The position numbers and the translations under genes are program-made. This document shows positions 1 to 9,665 of a DNA stretch of 64,000 nucleotides, piece after piece. The notes beneath the pieces were generated by a model. It did no database searches and was not told where the DNA came from. It was given only the letters and a program-made list of their open reading frames with translations. Position 1 is the stretch's first letter. The number at the start of each line of letters is the position of its first letter. Source of the DNA: an uncultured virus (IMG/VR IMGVR_UViG_3300025769_000086) (lineage: Duplodnaviria; Heunggongvirae; Uroviricota; Caudoviricetes); IMG/VR virus record IMGVR_UViG_3300025769_000086; one strand, given 5' to 3'.

Positions 1-2
1 GT

Positions 3-1007
3 GGCTTTAGTATAGGTGGACAGGCATTCAAGAGAGTCAGAAAATCAGACCCTAAACATGGCGATTATCAAGAAATTAGTAAACTCGAACTCCATGAAAT
101 CACAATTTGTGAAAAAGGAATAAACCCAGAAGCAACATTCAGAATATTAAAGGAAGATAAACAAGAAGAAAAAAATAAGGTGAATAAAATGACAGAAGAT
201 GACACAATGAACCAGATGACCGACGTGCTCACACGATTAGAGTCACGTCTTGACTCAATGGAAAAAGGTGAAAAACCTGCTTTCCTTGAAGATAAAAAAG
301 ATGAAAGCAAGGATAAGGAATCCATGAAAGATGACAAGAAAAAAGAGGAAACTGTCGAAAAATCACAAGAATACTCTGATGTTATCTCTTCAGATTACCT
401 AAACTGGATGGAAGACACTCTAAAGAGTGCAGGAGTAGACACAATGGCTGCTCGTGCTCACTTTGATGGCGATTCAGTTGCAAAACAAAACATGGGTTCA
501 ACCCCTGAAGAATTGCAAGGTAGTGACGCAACTATGGGTGGTCAAGCACCGGGTCGTGTTCAAGAAGGAGGAAACCCATCCACAGGAGCAGTTGGTAAAA
601 TCAACAGCGGTGGAGATGTAAAGAAATCTGATTTCTTGAATCCTATGGATTTAGATGCTTCTGATGTAGAAGCAGCGTATGAAGTTTACAAAGCAGCGGC
701 TCTTGAAGAAGAATTCCGTGGTTCTTTAGAATCTGACTTTGCTGCAAGATATCAAGCAGAACGTGCAGAAGAAATAGCAAAAGCAGAAGCAGCATCTTAT
801 GATGCTCGTGGTCCTTTAGATGCTATTACAAAAGCAATTGCTGAACTATCAGAAAGAATTGATAGCATTGGTACACCGGCAGAAGTAGGAGAAACACTAC
901 AAAAATCTGCTGAACCACAACATGAAGTTCCATCAACTTCCGACCTAGCACAAATGTCTTGGGACGAAGTACATCAACTCGCAGGACGAGTCTTTGAGGG
1001 AGAGTGA
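3..1007 (+). CDS. Prohead (capsid maturation) protease C-terminal part fused in frame to scaffold-like domain; 5'-truncated
   Basis: Frame open from base 3: GFSIGG...KLELHEITICEKGINPEATF, typical HK97-family prohead protease motifs, continuing without a stop into the acidic helical 180..1007 ORF; lies directly upstream of the capsid gene. Confidence 0.85.
   Translation, partial: GFSIGGQAFKRVRKSDPKHGDYQEISKLELHEITICEKGINPEATFRILKEDKQEEKNKVNKMTEDDTMNQMTDVLTRLESRLDSMEKGEKPAFLEDKKDESKDKESMKDDKKKEETVEKSQEYSDVISSDYLNWMEDTLKSAGVDTMAARAHFDGDSVAKQNMGSTPEELQGSDATMGGQAPGRVQEGGNPSTGAVGKINSGGDVKKSDFLNPMDLDASDVEAAYEVYKAAALEEEFRGSLESDFAARYQAERAEEIAKAEAASYDARGPLDAITKAIAELSERIDSIGTPAEVGETLQKSAEPQHEVPSTSDLAQMSWDEVHQLAGRVFEGE
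189..1007 (+). CDS. Putative internally initiated scaffolding protein
   Basis: GGTGA at 179-183, 5 nt before in-frame ATG 189; acidic coiled-coil-like product. Confidence 0.55.
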   Translation: MTEDDTMNQMTDVLTRLESRLDSMEKGEKPAFLEDKKDESKDKESMKDDKKKEETVEKSQEYSDVISSDYLNWMEDTLKSAGVDTMAARAHFDGDSVAKQNMGSTPEELQGSDATMGGQAPGRVQEGGNPSTGAVGKINSGGDVKKSDFLNPMDLDASDVEAAYEVYKAAALEEEFRGSLESDFAARYQAERAEEIAKAEAASYDARGPLDAITKAIAELSERIDSIGTPAEVGETLQKSAEPQHEVPSTSDLAQMSWDEVHQLAGRVFEGE

Positions 1008-1012
1008 ATAAA

Positions 1013-2191
1013 ATGGCAAGAAATTACGTAAGAACAATAACTGATATGGAAAGATACTACTATGGTGCAGGTAACGCAATGGGTTACTCATACTCCGGTA
1101 GCGAATTACTGAAAAGCGACAGCCCAATGTTGTCTACAACTGCTGGTACATACCAAGCAATTTATGGACGCAAAGTATGGTCTCAATTGAACCAAGAGTT
1201 CAACGCTTTCTCAATACTACCAAAGAAACCTTGGGATAGGTCAGGATGGCGTGTTATAACTGGCAAGCCTTCAGATGCTACTACTGGTTCTTCACTTGGT
1301 GGAGTTGCAGAAAACTCAACATTACCAGACACACAAAGGCCAACATTCCAGCACATAGCAGCAAAACCAAAGACAATCGCTCATACATTCGATATGTCTG
1401 AAACTGCTATCTTCCTTGCTGACAAGGATGACGGAATGGGAGATATACGCTCAGTTCTTAAAGAAGAAATGGGTAAACATCACGCAGAGTCTGTTAACAA
1501 AATGTTGTTAGACGATGTAGATAATCCAGCAGGTAACAATTTTGAGTCACTTGACAGAATTACAGCAGCACATAATGATGACGCTGATTCAAAAACTGGA
1601 TTAGATGCAGACCATGATGCTCTTACAGCATCCAGTGACTTAGATATATACAGTATTGGTAGAGAAGCAAATAGACTTTGGGCTAATGCTGAAATGAGTA
1701 ACAATATTGTTAGCGATACAGCAACTGACAGAGTTCTATCACTAGATGTCTTGGATGATTTATTCCAAAGACTTTGGGTACGTGGTGGAAATCCAAAAGT
1801 TATACTAACTGGATATGACACATTGATGAGATTACAACAACTATTACAATCTCAACAAAGATTCATGGAAGAGAAGAGAGTTACACCTACTTACAATGGA
1901 GTAAAGGGTGTACCGGGAATTGAAGCCGGATTCATCGTAGCAACATACAACGGTGTCCCAATCATTCCATCTAAAGACGTTACAAAGGATACAATTTCCA
2001 GAATGTATTTACTAGATACCGATTATCTACACTTCAGTACAGCAATACCAACACAATACTTTGAGTCTGGTATAGAGACAGGAGACCCATTCGCAATAAA
2101 CAGACTAGGACAGGAAGGACTTTACCGAACAATGGGTGAAATCTGGACTACCTTCTTCGGAGCACAAGGACAGGTGAGAGACCTTAAGTAA
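1013..2191 (+). CDS. Major capsid protein (HK97 fold)
   Basis: ~392 aa following protease/scaffold; YGRKVWSQLN, GVAEN..LP, KTIAHTFDMSE, YNGVPIIPS resemble archaeal tailed-virus MCPs; alternative GTG start at 1004. Confidence 0.9.
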   Translation: MARNYVRTITDMERYYYGAGNAMGYSYSGSELLKSDSPMLSTTAGTYQAIYGRKVWSQLNQEFNAFSILPKKPWDRSGWRVITGKPSDATTGSSLGGVAENSTLPDTQRPTFQHIAAKPKTIAHTFDMSETAIFLADKDDGMGDIRSVLKEEMGKHHAESVNKMLLDDVDNPAGNNFESLDRITAAHNDDADSKTGLDADHDALTASSDLDIYSIGREANRLWANAEMSNNIVSDTATDRVLSLDVLDDLFQRLWVRGGNPKVILTGYDTLMRLQQLLQSQQRFMEEKRVTPTYNGVKGVPGIEAGFIVATYNGVPIIPSKDVTKDTISRMYLLDTDYLHFSTAIPTQYFESGIETGDPFAINRLGQEGLYRTMGEIWTTFFGAQGQVRDLK

Positions 2192-2223
2192 GGTTTATTG
2201 AGGAATTAATGGAGGAATAAAAT

Positions 2224-2631
2224 ATGAGTAATACAATAACATATACAACAAGCAACAGTGCAGTATTCACCGAGAGTTTCTCTCTCGATTTATACGCAGG
2301 TACACCAGTAGATGACACAGCATGGTTAGACGGAGGAGCAACAGCAGGTAATTATCCGGGTAACATTGATGTGTTTAACGCAAAAAACGCTAACACAACA
2401 AATGCTACAGCAGGAGCAAAACTTGTATGTGGTCAATTTACAACAGCATTAGCAAATGATGAAACAGTTACCCTATCAGGTGGTGCAACTAAAATCTTAG
2501 CAGTGATTGTTGGTGACAACAGTACAGCAGCAGCAGGTGTAACATTGAAGAACATCACAAGTGGTGTTGCTCAATTTACCGTTACATCAACATCAGATGC
2601 TTTAGTAACTTGCTGGATGATAGTGGCATAA
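2224..2631 (+). CDS. Putative capsid decoration/minor structural protein
   Basis: GGAGG RBS; T/A/G-rich beta-type 135 aa directly after MCP. Confidence 0.55.
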   Translation: MSNTITYTTSNSAVFTESFSLDLYAGTPVDDTAWLDGGATAGNYPGNIDVFNAKNANTTNATAGAKLVCGQFTTALANDETVTLSGGATKILAVIVGDNSTAAAGVTLKNITSGVAQFTVTSTSDALVTCWMIVA

Positions 2632-2642
2632 GGTGATTCTTC

Positions 2643-3020
2643 ATGCCACAGGTAACATACATAGGAAAATACCACAGCAGTCCTCCACCGAGAGGATTGA
2701 CGCACACAGTGTATCGTGGCGAATCTTACGAAGTTAGCCAAGAGTGGGTTGACGAGTTTGGTGGTAAACTAAGTAAAAACTATGTAATTTCAGGTGCAGA
2801 AGCAAAGACCGTTGATAAATTAAATGATGGAATACCTGACTCCGGTTGGAGAGTGGGAGACATCAAGAAATGGTTGAAAGCAGAAGAAGTTTCTTTTGGT
2901 GCAGGATACAGGACAAAAGGTGCATTATTGGGTTTAGTTGAGGAACATCTAAATCCAGCACCACCTGTGGTCGTAGTAGAAGAAACCACTGAAGTGGTAG
3001 AAGAACAAACAATGGAGTGA
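2643..3020 (+). CDS. Hypothetical protein with HeH/LEM-like motif and acidic tail
   Basis: AGGTGA RBS; WRVGDIKKWLKAEEVSF..YRTKGALLGLV helix-extension-helix pattern. Confidence 0.5.
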   Translation: MPQVTYIGKYHSSPPPRGLTHTVYRGESYEVSQEWVDEFGGKLSKNYVISGAEAKTVDKLNDGIPDSGWRVGDIKKWLKAEEVSFGAGYRTKGALLGLVEEHLNPAPPVVVVEETTEVVEEQTME

Positions 3021-3026
3021 TGAATT

Positions 3027-3563
3027 ATGGCAGCAGGAAATACAATGGACACGAGAACACACGTAATGGGTGATATGCTCATGGTAACAGGAACATTCAC
3101 TGATGGAGGAATAGACGTAGATTATACAAATATGTTAACTTCAGTCTTTGCAGCAGGTGGACACGTAACTAGTCTATACAACACAGGTGTATTATTGAAC
3201 ATGGGTGGCAACGCAGCAGTAGGTCTAGCCACAGCATTGACAGTAGATACAGTTGATGCTAGGTTACATTTTAATATTGGAGAAACAATTTACAACAGTG
3301 CAGGAGCACGAGTAGGTGTTATTACCGCAATAGGTAGTGCTACTAGTGTCACTTGTAGCGGTGGTTTGATAACAGGTTTGAGTAATAACGATGCATTATA
3401 CAAGTTAGGACCAGACCAAAGTGCAGTAACACTAAACGATGGCTCACTAGCAGTAAGTATTGATGAGACAAACAATTTAGTGGTTTTTGGTAACGGTAAT
3501 CTTGGAGCAACAAGTACCGCACACACACAAGATGGTCGTTGGTGGATTCTAGGACAACGCTAA
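3027..3563 (+). CDS. Putative virion structural protein
   Basis: GGAGTGA RBS; G/T/A-rich 178 aa within head operon. Confidence 0.55.
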   Translation: MAAGNTMDTRTHVMGDMLMVTGTFTDGGIDVDYTNMLTSVFAAGGHVTSLYNTGVLLNMGGNAAVGLATALTVDTVDARLHFNIGETIYNSAGARVGVITAIGSATSVTCSGGLITGLSNNDALYKLGPDQSAVTLNDGSLAVSIDETNNLVVFGNGNLGATSTAHTQDGRWWILGQR

Positions 3564-3576
3564 GGCGGTGTTTTAG

Positions 3577-3789
3577 ATGGCAGTTAGTCCTAAAATACAA
3601 GTAATTGGACCTTTCTCACCAGCGGATTTTTCGCCAAATAATCTTGGTGCATACAACACGGCAGGTAGCGTTAGTAAAGCAATGACTGATGCAGCAGCAT
3701 CTACACCGGGTACTACCTTAGTAGCAGCAGAACCAATTACTGTTTTAGGTAACGTCTATCTAATATTGACATTAACAGGCAGTGCATGA
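3577..3789 (+). CDS. Small hypothetical virion protein
   Basis: GGTG RBS; operon tiling. Confidence 0.55.
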   Translation: MAVSPKIQVIGPFSPADFSPNNLGAYNTAGSVSKAMTDAAASTPGTTLVAAEPITVLGNVYLILTLTGSA

Positions 3790-3804
3790 GAGTGAGGGAT
3801 ATGG

Positions 3805-4104
3805 ATGGGTTTCGATGTTAGAACATTAGAAATCGATGATATATCCAGAGCACAGAAACAAAACGTCAGAGTTGATACCGCTTATGATAGCGGTTCAGTT
3901 TTTGATGAGACTAATCCATTAAAGGGAGTCACAAGAAATCAGCGAGCCAGAACAGAAAATGTTGGCGACGTTTTGAACATAGGTGCAGGGACTAGGTGTA
4001 CAAACTGCGGTATGCTTCATTTTATGTGGAGAGCAGATTGTGGGGCTTGTGGCAAACCTATGGAATATAATAAAGGTCATAGAGATGATAGGAACAGGAT
4101 GTGA
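3805..4104 (+). CDS. Zinc-ribbon protein
   Basis: CTNC-x10-CGAC. Confidence 0.65.
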   Translation: MGFDVRTLEIDDISRAQKQNVRVDTAYDSGSVFDETNPLKGVTRNQRARTENVGDVLNIGAGTRCTNCGMLHFMWRADCGACGKPMEYNKGHRDDRNRM

Positions 4105-4108
4105 GATT

Positions 4109-4438
4109 ATGGATGCATTTGATAAGGCTTGGAGACTCTTAAAAGAGAAGAAAGAAAAACCAATTATCACTTGGATGCACCCGCACACCACTGGTGATTC
4201 AGAACATCCTTACGGATGGGTAGATAGTCACGGACCATATACTGACATTCACGAACATCCCAATTATCCTGACGGTTTTCAACAATATGTCTCCGGTCAT
4301 GAAGAAAAAGGTACATATCCATTCAAGAATCATGAAATTGTAGATGGTAAAGTGGTCGAAAAAGACCTAAGTGGTCCAGTACCCGGACTACCGGGTATGA
4401 CTTTCGATGCTAAGGGTAATTTAGTTGGTGGGCAATAA
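4109..4438 (+). CDS. Hypothetical protein, 109 aa, starting MDAFDKAWRLLK
   Basis: ATG 4109 avoids the long overlap of the listed 3983 start; TAATG coupling to the next gene. Confidence 0.6.
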   Translation: MDAFDKAWRLLKEKKEKPIITWMHPHTTGDSEHPYGWVDSHGPYTDIHEHPNYPDGFQQYVSGHEEKGTYPFKNHEIVDGKVVEKDLSGPVPGLPGMTFDAKGNLVGGQ

Positions 4439-6003
4439 TGCCTCAAATATTTAGTCCGGGTGAAGGCGAAACAAGACCCTTAGACCCCGATGCTATAGTA
4501 TACACTACTGCTCAAAAAGTAGCAGATTTGCTTGACATAGGACCACAAGAAGCGGTGTTGATGTCTGCTAATGCAGAAACAAATGCAGTTTTCATTACAG
4601 GTTCTGATTACAGAGCCATAGGTTTTGGTGTAGGAGATACAATACTTATCTACAGTGATGCTGACCCTATGGGTTTAGAACGTGCAATTACTGCTATAAC
4701 TACATCAACAGGTGGTGTAAAACTAGCATTTTCATCTGCAATAAATCCCGGTTTGTATGAAACGACAGATAACGGTTATGTACAGAATCAAGCATCTTTT
4801 TCCGATGGTAGAACAAGAGGTCTTACTAAAACAAAAGTGGAGACTATCATAAAACGTATGCAGGATAAGATAGATAATGAAACTCATAATGCTTGGAGAC
4901 CGTATCTTGTCAGTGCAGAATATATTAATTTTGATACATACAAACCTTACAGGCGTAGATACTATACAGATTACGTAGGAACGACTCCTCTGCTTTTCAG
5001 AAATGTTCAACAAATATTGAGGCTTGAACTGTGGCAAGGAGATGACTATAGAGAAATTGGTGCAGCAGAAGCACGTATACATATTCCTGACAGTGTACAA
5101 GCACTTTCTGGTTCTATTGTTATGTCTCCGGGTAATGGTAGTGCTGCTACTTTAACAATAGGTACTGGTACTAATCAATGGAGAAGTGCTTTTGATAAAA
5201 TTACTACTGCACAAAATCTTGCAGACTTAATTAACAAAGAAAATAGAGTGAGTAAAGCCGCTATCGATTTTAGTCCTGCCTTTACACTTGAAGGTAATAC
5301 TGCTAATGTTGCACTTCATAACGAATTTTATGCTTCAGCCAATTCTGATTATGGTACAGGTATAGTCAAAGTTACTAGTATGAGAGGTACAAAAGGTGGA
5401 GAAACTTGTAGTATAGTAACTACTAATTCTAACATAAGTATTAATCAAACTACACAGGCTGATGCTACATTCAGTAGTCTTGATAGTACAACCATTACAG
5501 TAGATAGCACTGCTGGTTTTGTTGATGCTGGAGTTGTTGTTGATGCTAGTGGCGATGTTTTCAGTTATACAGGAAAGACATCAACAACTTTTACAGGCTG
5601 TACGATTGTAGTTGGTAGTGCTTTATCCGACATTGGTGGTGCTCTTACTCAACATTCTTTAGTTGTAGATTTACAAGGTGGTAGTTCCAGTGGAGACCAA
5701 GGTAGGTTGAGAGATTGGTGGTTCGACCATGAAATGGGTATTATTTACTTCAATAATTCATACCCATTTTTCGAGTGGAATGCAATCAAAACTTCTTATA
5801 TTTATGGTGAAAGATATCTTGAACAGGCTATTGAAGATGCTTGTACAAAATTAGTTGCTATTGATTTATTGATGAGTGATGATAGGAGTATACTCATACC
5901 CGAAGGTTCGCAGAACGTTGATTTAGCATCTAAAATACAACTATATAGAGCAGATGTAGATAGAACTATGGCTCGATATAAAGAGGTGGTTCTCTTTGGT
6001 TGA
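4438..6003 (+). CDS. Head-tail adaptor-like protein with inserted beta domains
   Basis: N-terminal YTTAQKVADLL and C-terminal YIYG..IEDACTKLVAIDLL match the head-tail connector pattern; position between head and tail genes. Confidence 0.6.
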   Translation: MPQIFSPGEGETRPLDPDAIVYTTAQKVADLLDIGPQEAVLMSANAETNAVFITGSDYRAIGFGVGDTILIYSDADPMGLERAITAITTSTGGVKLAFSSAINPGLYETTDNGYVQNQASFSDGRTRGLTKTKVETIIKRMQDKIDNETHNAWRPYLVSAEYINFDTYKPYRRRYYTDYVGTTPLLFRNVQQILRLELWQGDDYREIGAAEARIHIPDSVQALSGSIVMSPGNGSAATLTIGTGTNQWRSAFDKITTAQNLADLINKENRVSKAAIDFSPAFTLEGNTANVALHNEFYASANSDYGTGIVKVTSMRGTKGGETCSIVTTNSNISINQTTQADATFSSLDSTTITVDSTAGFVDAGVVVDASGDVFSYTGKTSTTFTGCTIVVGSALSDIGGALTQHSLVVDLQGGSSSGDQGRLRDWWFDHEMGIIYFNNSYPFFEWNAIKTSYIYGERYLEQAIEDACTKLVAIDLLMSDDRSILIPEGSQNVDLASKIQLYRADVDRTMARYKEVVLFG

Positions 6004-6328
6004 GCGAGAAACTTTGCTCGGTAAAGAGAGTAGAGAGGAATTTGAACGTGCTCTTATTGCAGATTTCACTAAAGATAAAAAATTGCAAAAAGAACTAAAT
6101 GAAGGTTTCACACAGTATCCTCCTAGTCTTAGAGAAATGAAAGTTTCACAAGAAAAATACAATGATATACTAAGTGAAGAAGAAATCGAACAAGTGGTTG
6201 ATAAAAGAATGTTAACTGAATCACCCTTACTAAAAGAATACAAATTAAAACAATCCGGTAAAAATATTATACCTGATATATATGAATACCATGTAGAAGT
6301 TAACAAAGTGATAAAGGTGAGAAAGTAA
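5996..6328 (+). CDS. Hypothetical protein (head-tail region)
   Basis: TTG start with GAGGTGG RBS; tiles the operon. Confidence 0.55.
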   Translation: MVERETLLGKESREEFERALIADFTKDKKLQKELNEGFTQYPPSLREMKVSQEKYNDILSEEEIEQVVDKRMLTESPLLKEYKLKQSGKNIIPDIYEYHVEVNKVIKVRK

Positions 6329-6777
6329 TGGTTGCAACATTCAAAGAAGGTCTCGATGTTGTAATTGATACGTTCAAGGATAACTGGAATAGGGCTAATA
6401 CTGATAATATCAAACCTGTAATTATAGATATTGCAGAAACTTCTCCAGAAAGAGGTAAGCGTATAAATTTACAAAACAGTGATTATGTCTTAGTATTTGA
6501 GACTGCACATAACGAAGAAATACCTGATATTCTTTATGATTTTGTAACCACTAGAATAAATATTACAGTTGACATTAGAACTTCAAAAAGCAGAAAAAGA
6601 CTTCAGCAAATGGAGAATGAAATTAGGAGGTGTACCCATCTAAATCGCAAAGGAGATGGGGTTAACTTCGATAGGTTAGTATATAAAACCCGTACAGACC
6701 TGTCTGACCGGAGCAAGATGTTGTTCCGAATGACCTTTCAAATCGAGGTCGTAGTCTTTGCAGAACAAATACCATGA
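6328..6777 (+). CDS. Putative tail terminator/completion protein
   Basis: 149 aa directly before tail tube; ITVDIRT..R..L..EI.R and C-terminal beta strand pattern. Confidence 0.55.
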   Translation: MVATFKEGLDVVIDTFKDNWNRANTDNIKPVIIDIAETSPERGKRINLQNSDYVLVFETAHNEEIPDILYDFVTTRINITVDIRTSKSRKRLQQMENEIRRCTHLNRKGDGVNFDRLVYKTRTDLSDRSKMLFRMTFQIEVVVFAEQIP

Positions 6778-6788
6778 GGTGAAAAATT

Positions 6789-8786
6789 ATGCCATCAACA
6801 GTCTATAAAGGTGATTTATCAGAAATTTCTTTCGGTCACGAAAGTGGTATGAAATTAACTCATGGTTATAGTGGTTCAAGTGATACACTTTTCAAATTCA
6901 CTGCGAAAGCAAGTGGAACTTGGGCTTCAGATGAAACGAGTATAATAGAATTTAGTGGTGGTCTTGAAAATACACCTTGTTATGCTGGTATTTTAGAATA
7001 TCCTATAGGTATGTTAGTAGGTGCAAAACTTTGTTTTAACAGTTTGACTTCAACTGCTACAAATAGACTTCATTCAGATGATGATGCATCGAATGGTTCT
7101 ATCTTCACAATAGTAAAACACGCTGTTGTTGGTAGTAAAACACAACTGACCATTCATCCTAGATTAAAAACTAATCACACTAATGATTGTCCATCCGACA
7201 CTGATGAAATTATAGAAATTTTACCTTACACTGTACCAAGTATGGATGTAGCAATGACATATGCTGCAAATGCAAATGCTTCTGCCGAAAGAGTGTTAAC
7301 TGACCAGTTTGTTGGAATAATGAATGTAATAGCATTACCTGAAACTAAAGTTGATTTGAAAAGATATCATGTAGTTGGTCTTGGAAGAGATGTTGCTGTA
7401 CAAGTTCCGGGTAGATTCACCAATGTAGGGGGGTCTTTTGAACACAATTTACATAATTCTCGATGGTTGTACTACGCATTAGGTAATGAAGTGGTAGATA
7501 TTAGTGGTGAAACTGGCGGTACTGCTTTTACCTTAAATGGTGCTGTTGAAGCGGGTGCTAGTAGAATATCATATACTGCTAGTGGAAGTGCTGCACCTGC
7601 TATTGGTACTGCTATAGGTGCAGGGGATTATGTAGTCATTGTGGCAAATTCTGATGGTAGTGAGGATATTGACATTAATAGTTATAGAGAAGAAACTACA
7701 AATGGTATATTCCCAATTGTAGGTGCATCTAATATAATCACAAAGGCTCGACCTGATGAAGTAAGAAGAATTGTATCAATTAGTGGCACAAATTCAGGCA
7801 CTATTTGGCTAGATGGCCCGTTAAATTTTTCACATGCTACAGGTAGCACTCTTCAATTTATAAAATATCTTGCTGACAATTCTACTAGTTCTCCTCATAG
7901 AGAATCTAGCGGTAATCTACAAAATCCAGTTTCAAAATTAATATTTTCTAAATCTCATCTTCCTTCTTTTTCATTAGAAACTAGCATAAGAAGAAGAGAT
8001 ATAGATAGTTCAGAAGTGATTGAGGCAACAGATGGAGGTGCAACAGATTCTAAACAACTTACTCGTGTATTTCGTGGTTGTAAAGTAAAAGACTTTGTTC
8101 TTACTGCCGATAATGATGCTGCTCTTAGGATGACAGTTAACTTCGATGCTGCTCTTTGTTACACTGATACTGGTAGATTAGAAGGTAGTAATGCAGGAGA
8201 TAGATATGATATTCATCGTTTATTTGAAGAAACTGCTGAAACTGATATTAAAAGAAAGAAATCCGGTATCGAAAAAGGTACTCAAAAACCATTCATGTTT
8301 TACAACGGTACAATAAAAGTAGCCGGACAAACATTAGGTCAAGTCATATCTTTTACCTTAAATGCAAAAACTGGAGTAGAACAACATTATGTAATTAATG
8401 GTTCAAATATAGTAGATGCTGCAACAGACCAAGTTCCGTTTGCTGGTTCAAGAAATCCTTCGCTTTCAATTGAAGGTAAAACTGAATACGAACTTGATAT
8501 GGAAATTGTTGTAGACGACCCTGTATTTTATCACAATATGAGGAGAGCAGTACATAACTTTGATGAAACTACTACTGACACTACTGATGCAGACATGATA
8601 CAATTATCTTTCCTTAAACAAGGTACTGGTGCTACAAGGGAAAGTATAGACATAGTTACTGACGATTACTATATTGTAGAAGCACCACTTCCAATACCTG
8701 AAGATAAAGGTGCTATCAGAGCCACATTAAAAATCATGCCTAAAAACATTAGAGTTTTAGCAACTGACACGGTACTACATTCTTAG
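6789..8786 (+). CDS. Major tail tube protein with inserted domains
   Basis: GAGGTGA RBS; GGSFE, FRGCKVKDFVL, GQVISFTLN motifs of siphovirus-type tube proteins; position before chaperones. Confidence 0.65.
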   Translation: MPSTVYKGDLSEISFGHESGMKLTHGYSGSSDTLFKFTAKASGTWASDETSIIEFSGGLENTPCYAGILEYPIGMLVGAKLCFNSLTSTATNRLHSDDDASNGSIFTIVKHAVVGSKTQLTIHPRLKTNHTNDCPSDTDEIIEILPYTVPSMDVAMTYAANANASAERVLTDQFVGIMNVIALPETKVDLKRYHVVGLGRDVAVQVPGRFTNVGGSFEHNLHNSRWLYYALGNEVVDISGETGGTAFTLNGAVEAGASRISYTASGSAAPAIGTAIGAGDYVVIVANSDGSEDIDINSYREETTNGIFPIVGASNIITKARPDEVRRIVSISGTNSGTIWLDGPLNFSHATGSTLQFIKYLADNSTSSPHRESSGNLQNPVSKLIFSKSHLPSFSLETSIRRRDIDSSEVIEATDGGATDSKQLTRVFRGCKVKDFVLTADNDAALRMTVNFDAALCYTDTGRLEGSNAGDRYDIHRLFEETAETDIKRKKSGIEKGTQKPFMFYNGTIKVAGQTLGQVISFTLNAKTGVEQHYVINGSNIVDAATDQVPFAGSRNPSLSIEGKTEYELDMEIVVDDPVFYHNMRRAVHNFDETTTDTTDADMIQLSFLKQGTGATRESIDIVTDDYYIVEAPLPIPEDKGAIRATLKIMPKNIRVLATDTVLHS

Positions 8787-8794
8787 GTGATAAT

Positions 8795-9343
8795 ATGTTA
8801 ATGGCTATACAAAAAGTAAGATATTATCGAAAACACGGCAAACGTGCTTACATAAATTGGATTCACAAAAATGACTATTCAACTGTCGATTTGACTAAAA
8901 ATAAATTTAATTTCTTAATGTCACAACCTAGTAGAAAATCAATTGATAGAGAATTATTTCTTATGTTGACTGCACCTGCTTGGGTCACAGCGGCAGAAGA
9001 TGTTCTTTCAGAAGAAGTAGAAGAAGTAGAGGTGGAAGAAGAAGTCATAGATTCACCTTTTTCTGTAGATATCGATTATAATTCTATGACAATACGTGAA
9101 CTACAAGATGTGTGTAGAGAACGTGGACTAACAATTCGAGGTACAAAAGCCCAAGTCGTTCTTAGACTAAAGAGAGATGATGAAGGTATTACCGAAGAAA
9201 CACAACCACATGATGAAACCGAAGCCCCCTCGGAAGAGGCTGTTGAGGAATCATCGGATGCCCCCGCTGATGAAGCGGCTGTAAACGAGGAAGTGAACAA
9301 TAATGATAGTGGACAAGAACCAAATATTGACGAAGAAGAATAA
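8795..9343 (+). CDS. SAP-domain protein with acidic linkers
   Basis: YNSMTIRELQDVCRERGLTIRGTKAQVVLRL is a SAP motif. Confidence 0.75.
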   Translation: MLMAIQKVRYYRKHGKRAYINWIHKNDYSTVDLTKNKFNFLMSQPSRKSIDRELFLMLTAPAWVTAAEDVLSEEVEEVEVEEEVIDSPFSVDIDYNSMTIRELQDVCRERGLTIRGTKAQVVLRLKRDDEGITEETQPHDETEAPSEEAVEESSDAPADEAAVNEEVNNNDSGQEPNIDEEE

Positions 9344-9665
9344 TGAAAAACACGAAATAAAAGTAGACCCTAATAACCCAGATGCCGTAATGGAGGTTTG
9401 GATAAGAGAAACTACTTTTTTAGATATACAGCGAGCAGCACAAGAAATGTTCGATATGACGGGTGGTGAAGTCACTTTAAATTTAGAATCATATTGGAGA
9501 TATGCTTTTGCAAACTGGATAGTAGAAACTAATCCTTCTCTCACTCCTCAAGAAATGACACAACTAACATCATATGTTGGTGAACAAATAGCATCAGTTT
9601 TACCTAAGCCTGAAGAATTAGCAGAGGCAATGCAAGGGGGGTTTACCAAAGCGAACAACGAATGA
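9303..9665 (+). CDS. Tail assembly chaperone (lambda gpG-like)
   Basis: 120 aa between tail tube and tape-measure-like gene; G6 run near its 3' end. Confidence 0.65.
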   Translation: MIVDKNQILTKKNNEKHEIKVDPNNPDAVMEVWIRETTFLDIQRAAQEMFDMTGGEVTLNLESYWRYAFANWIVETNPSLTPQEMTQLTSYVGEQIASVLPKPEELAEAMQGGFTKANNE

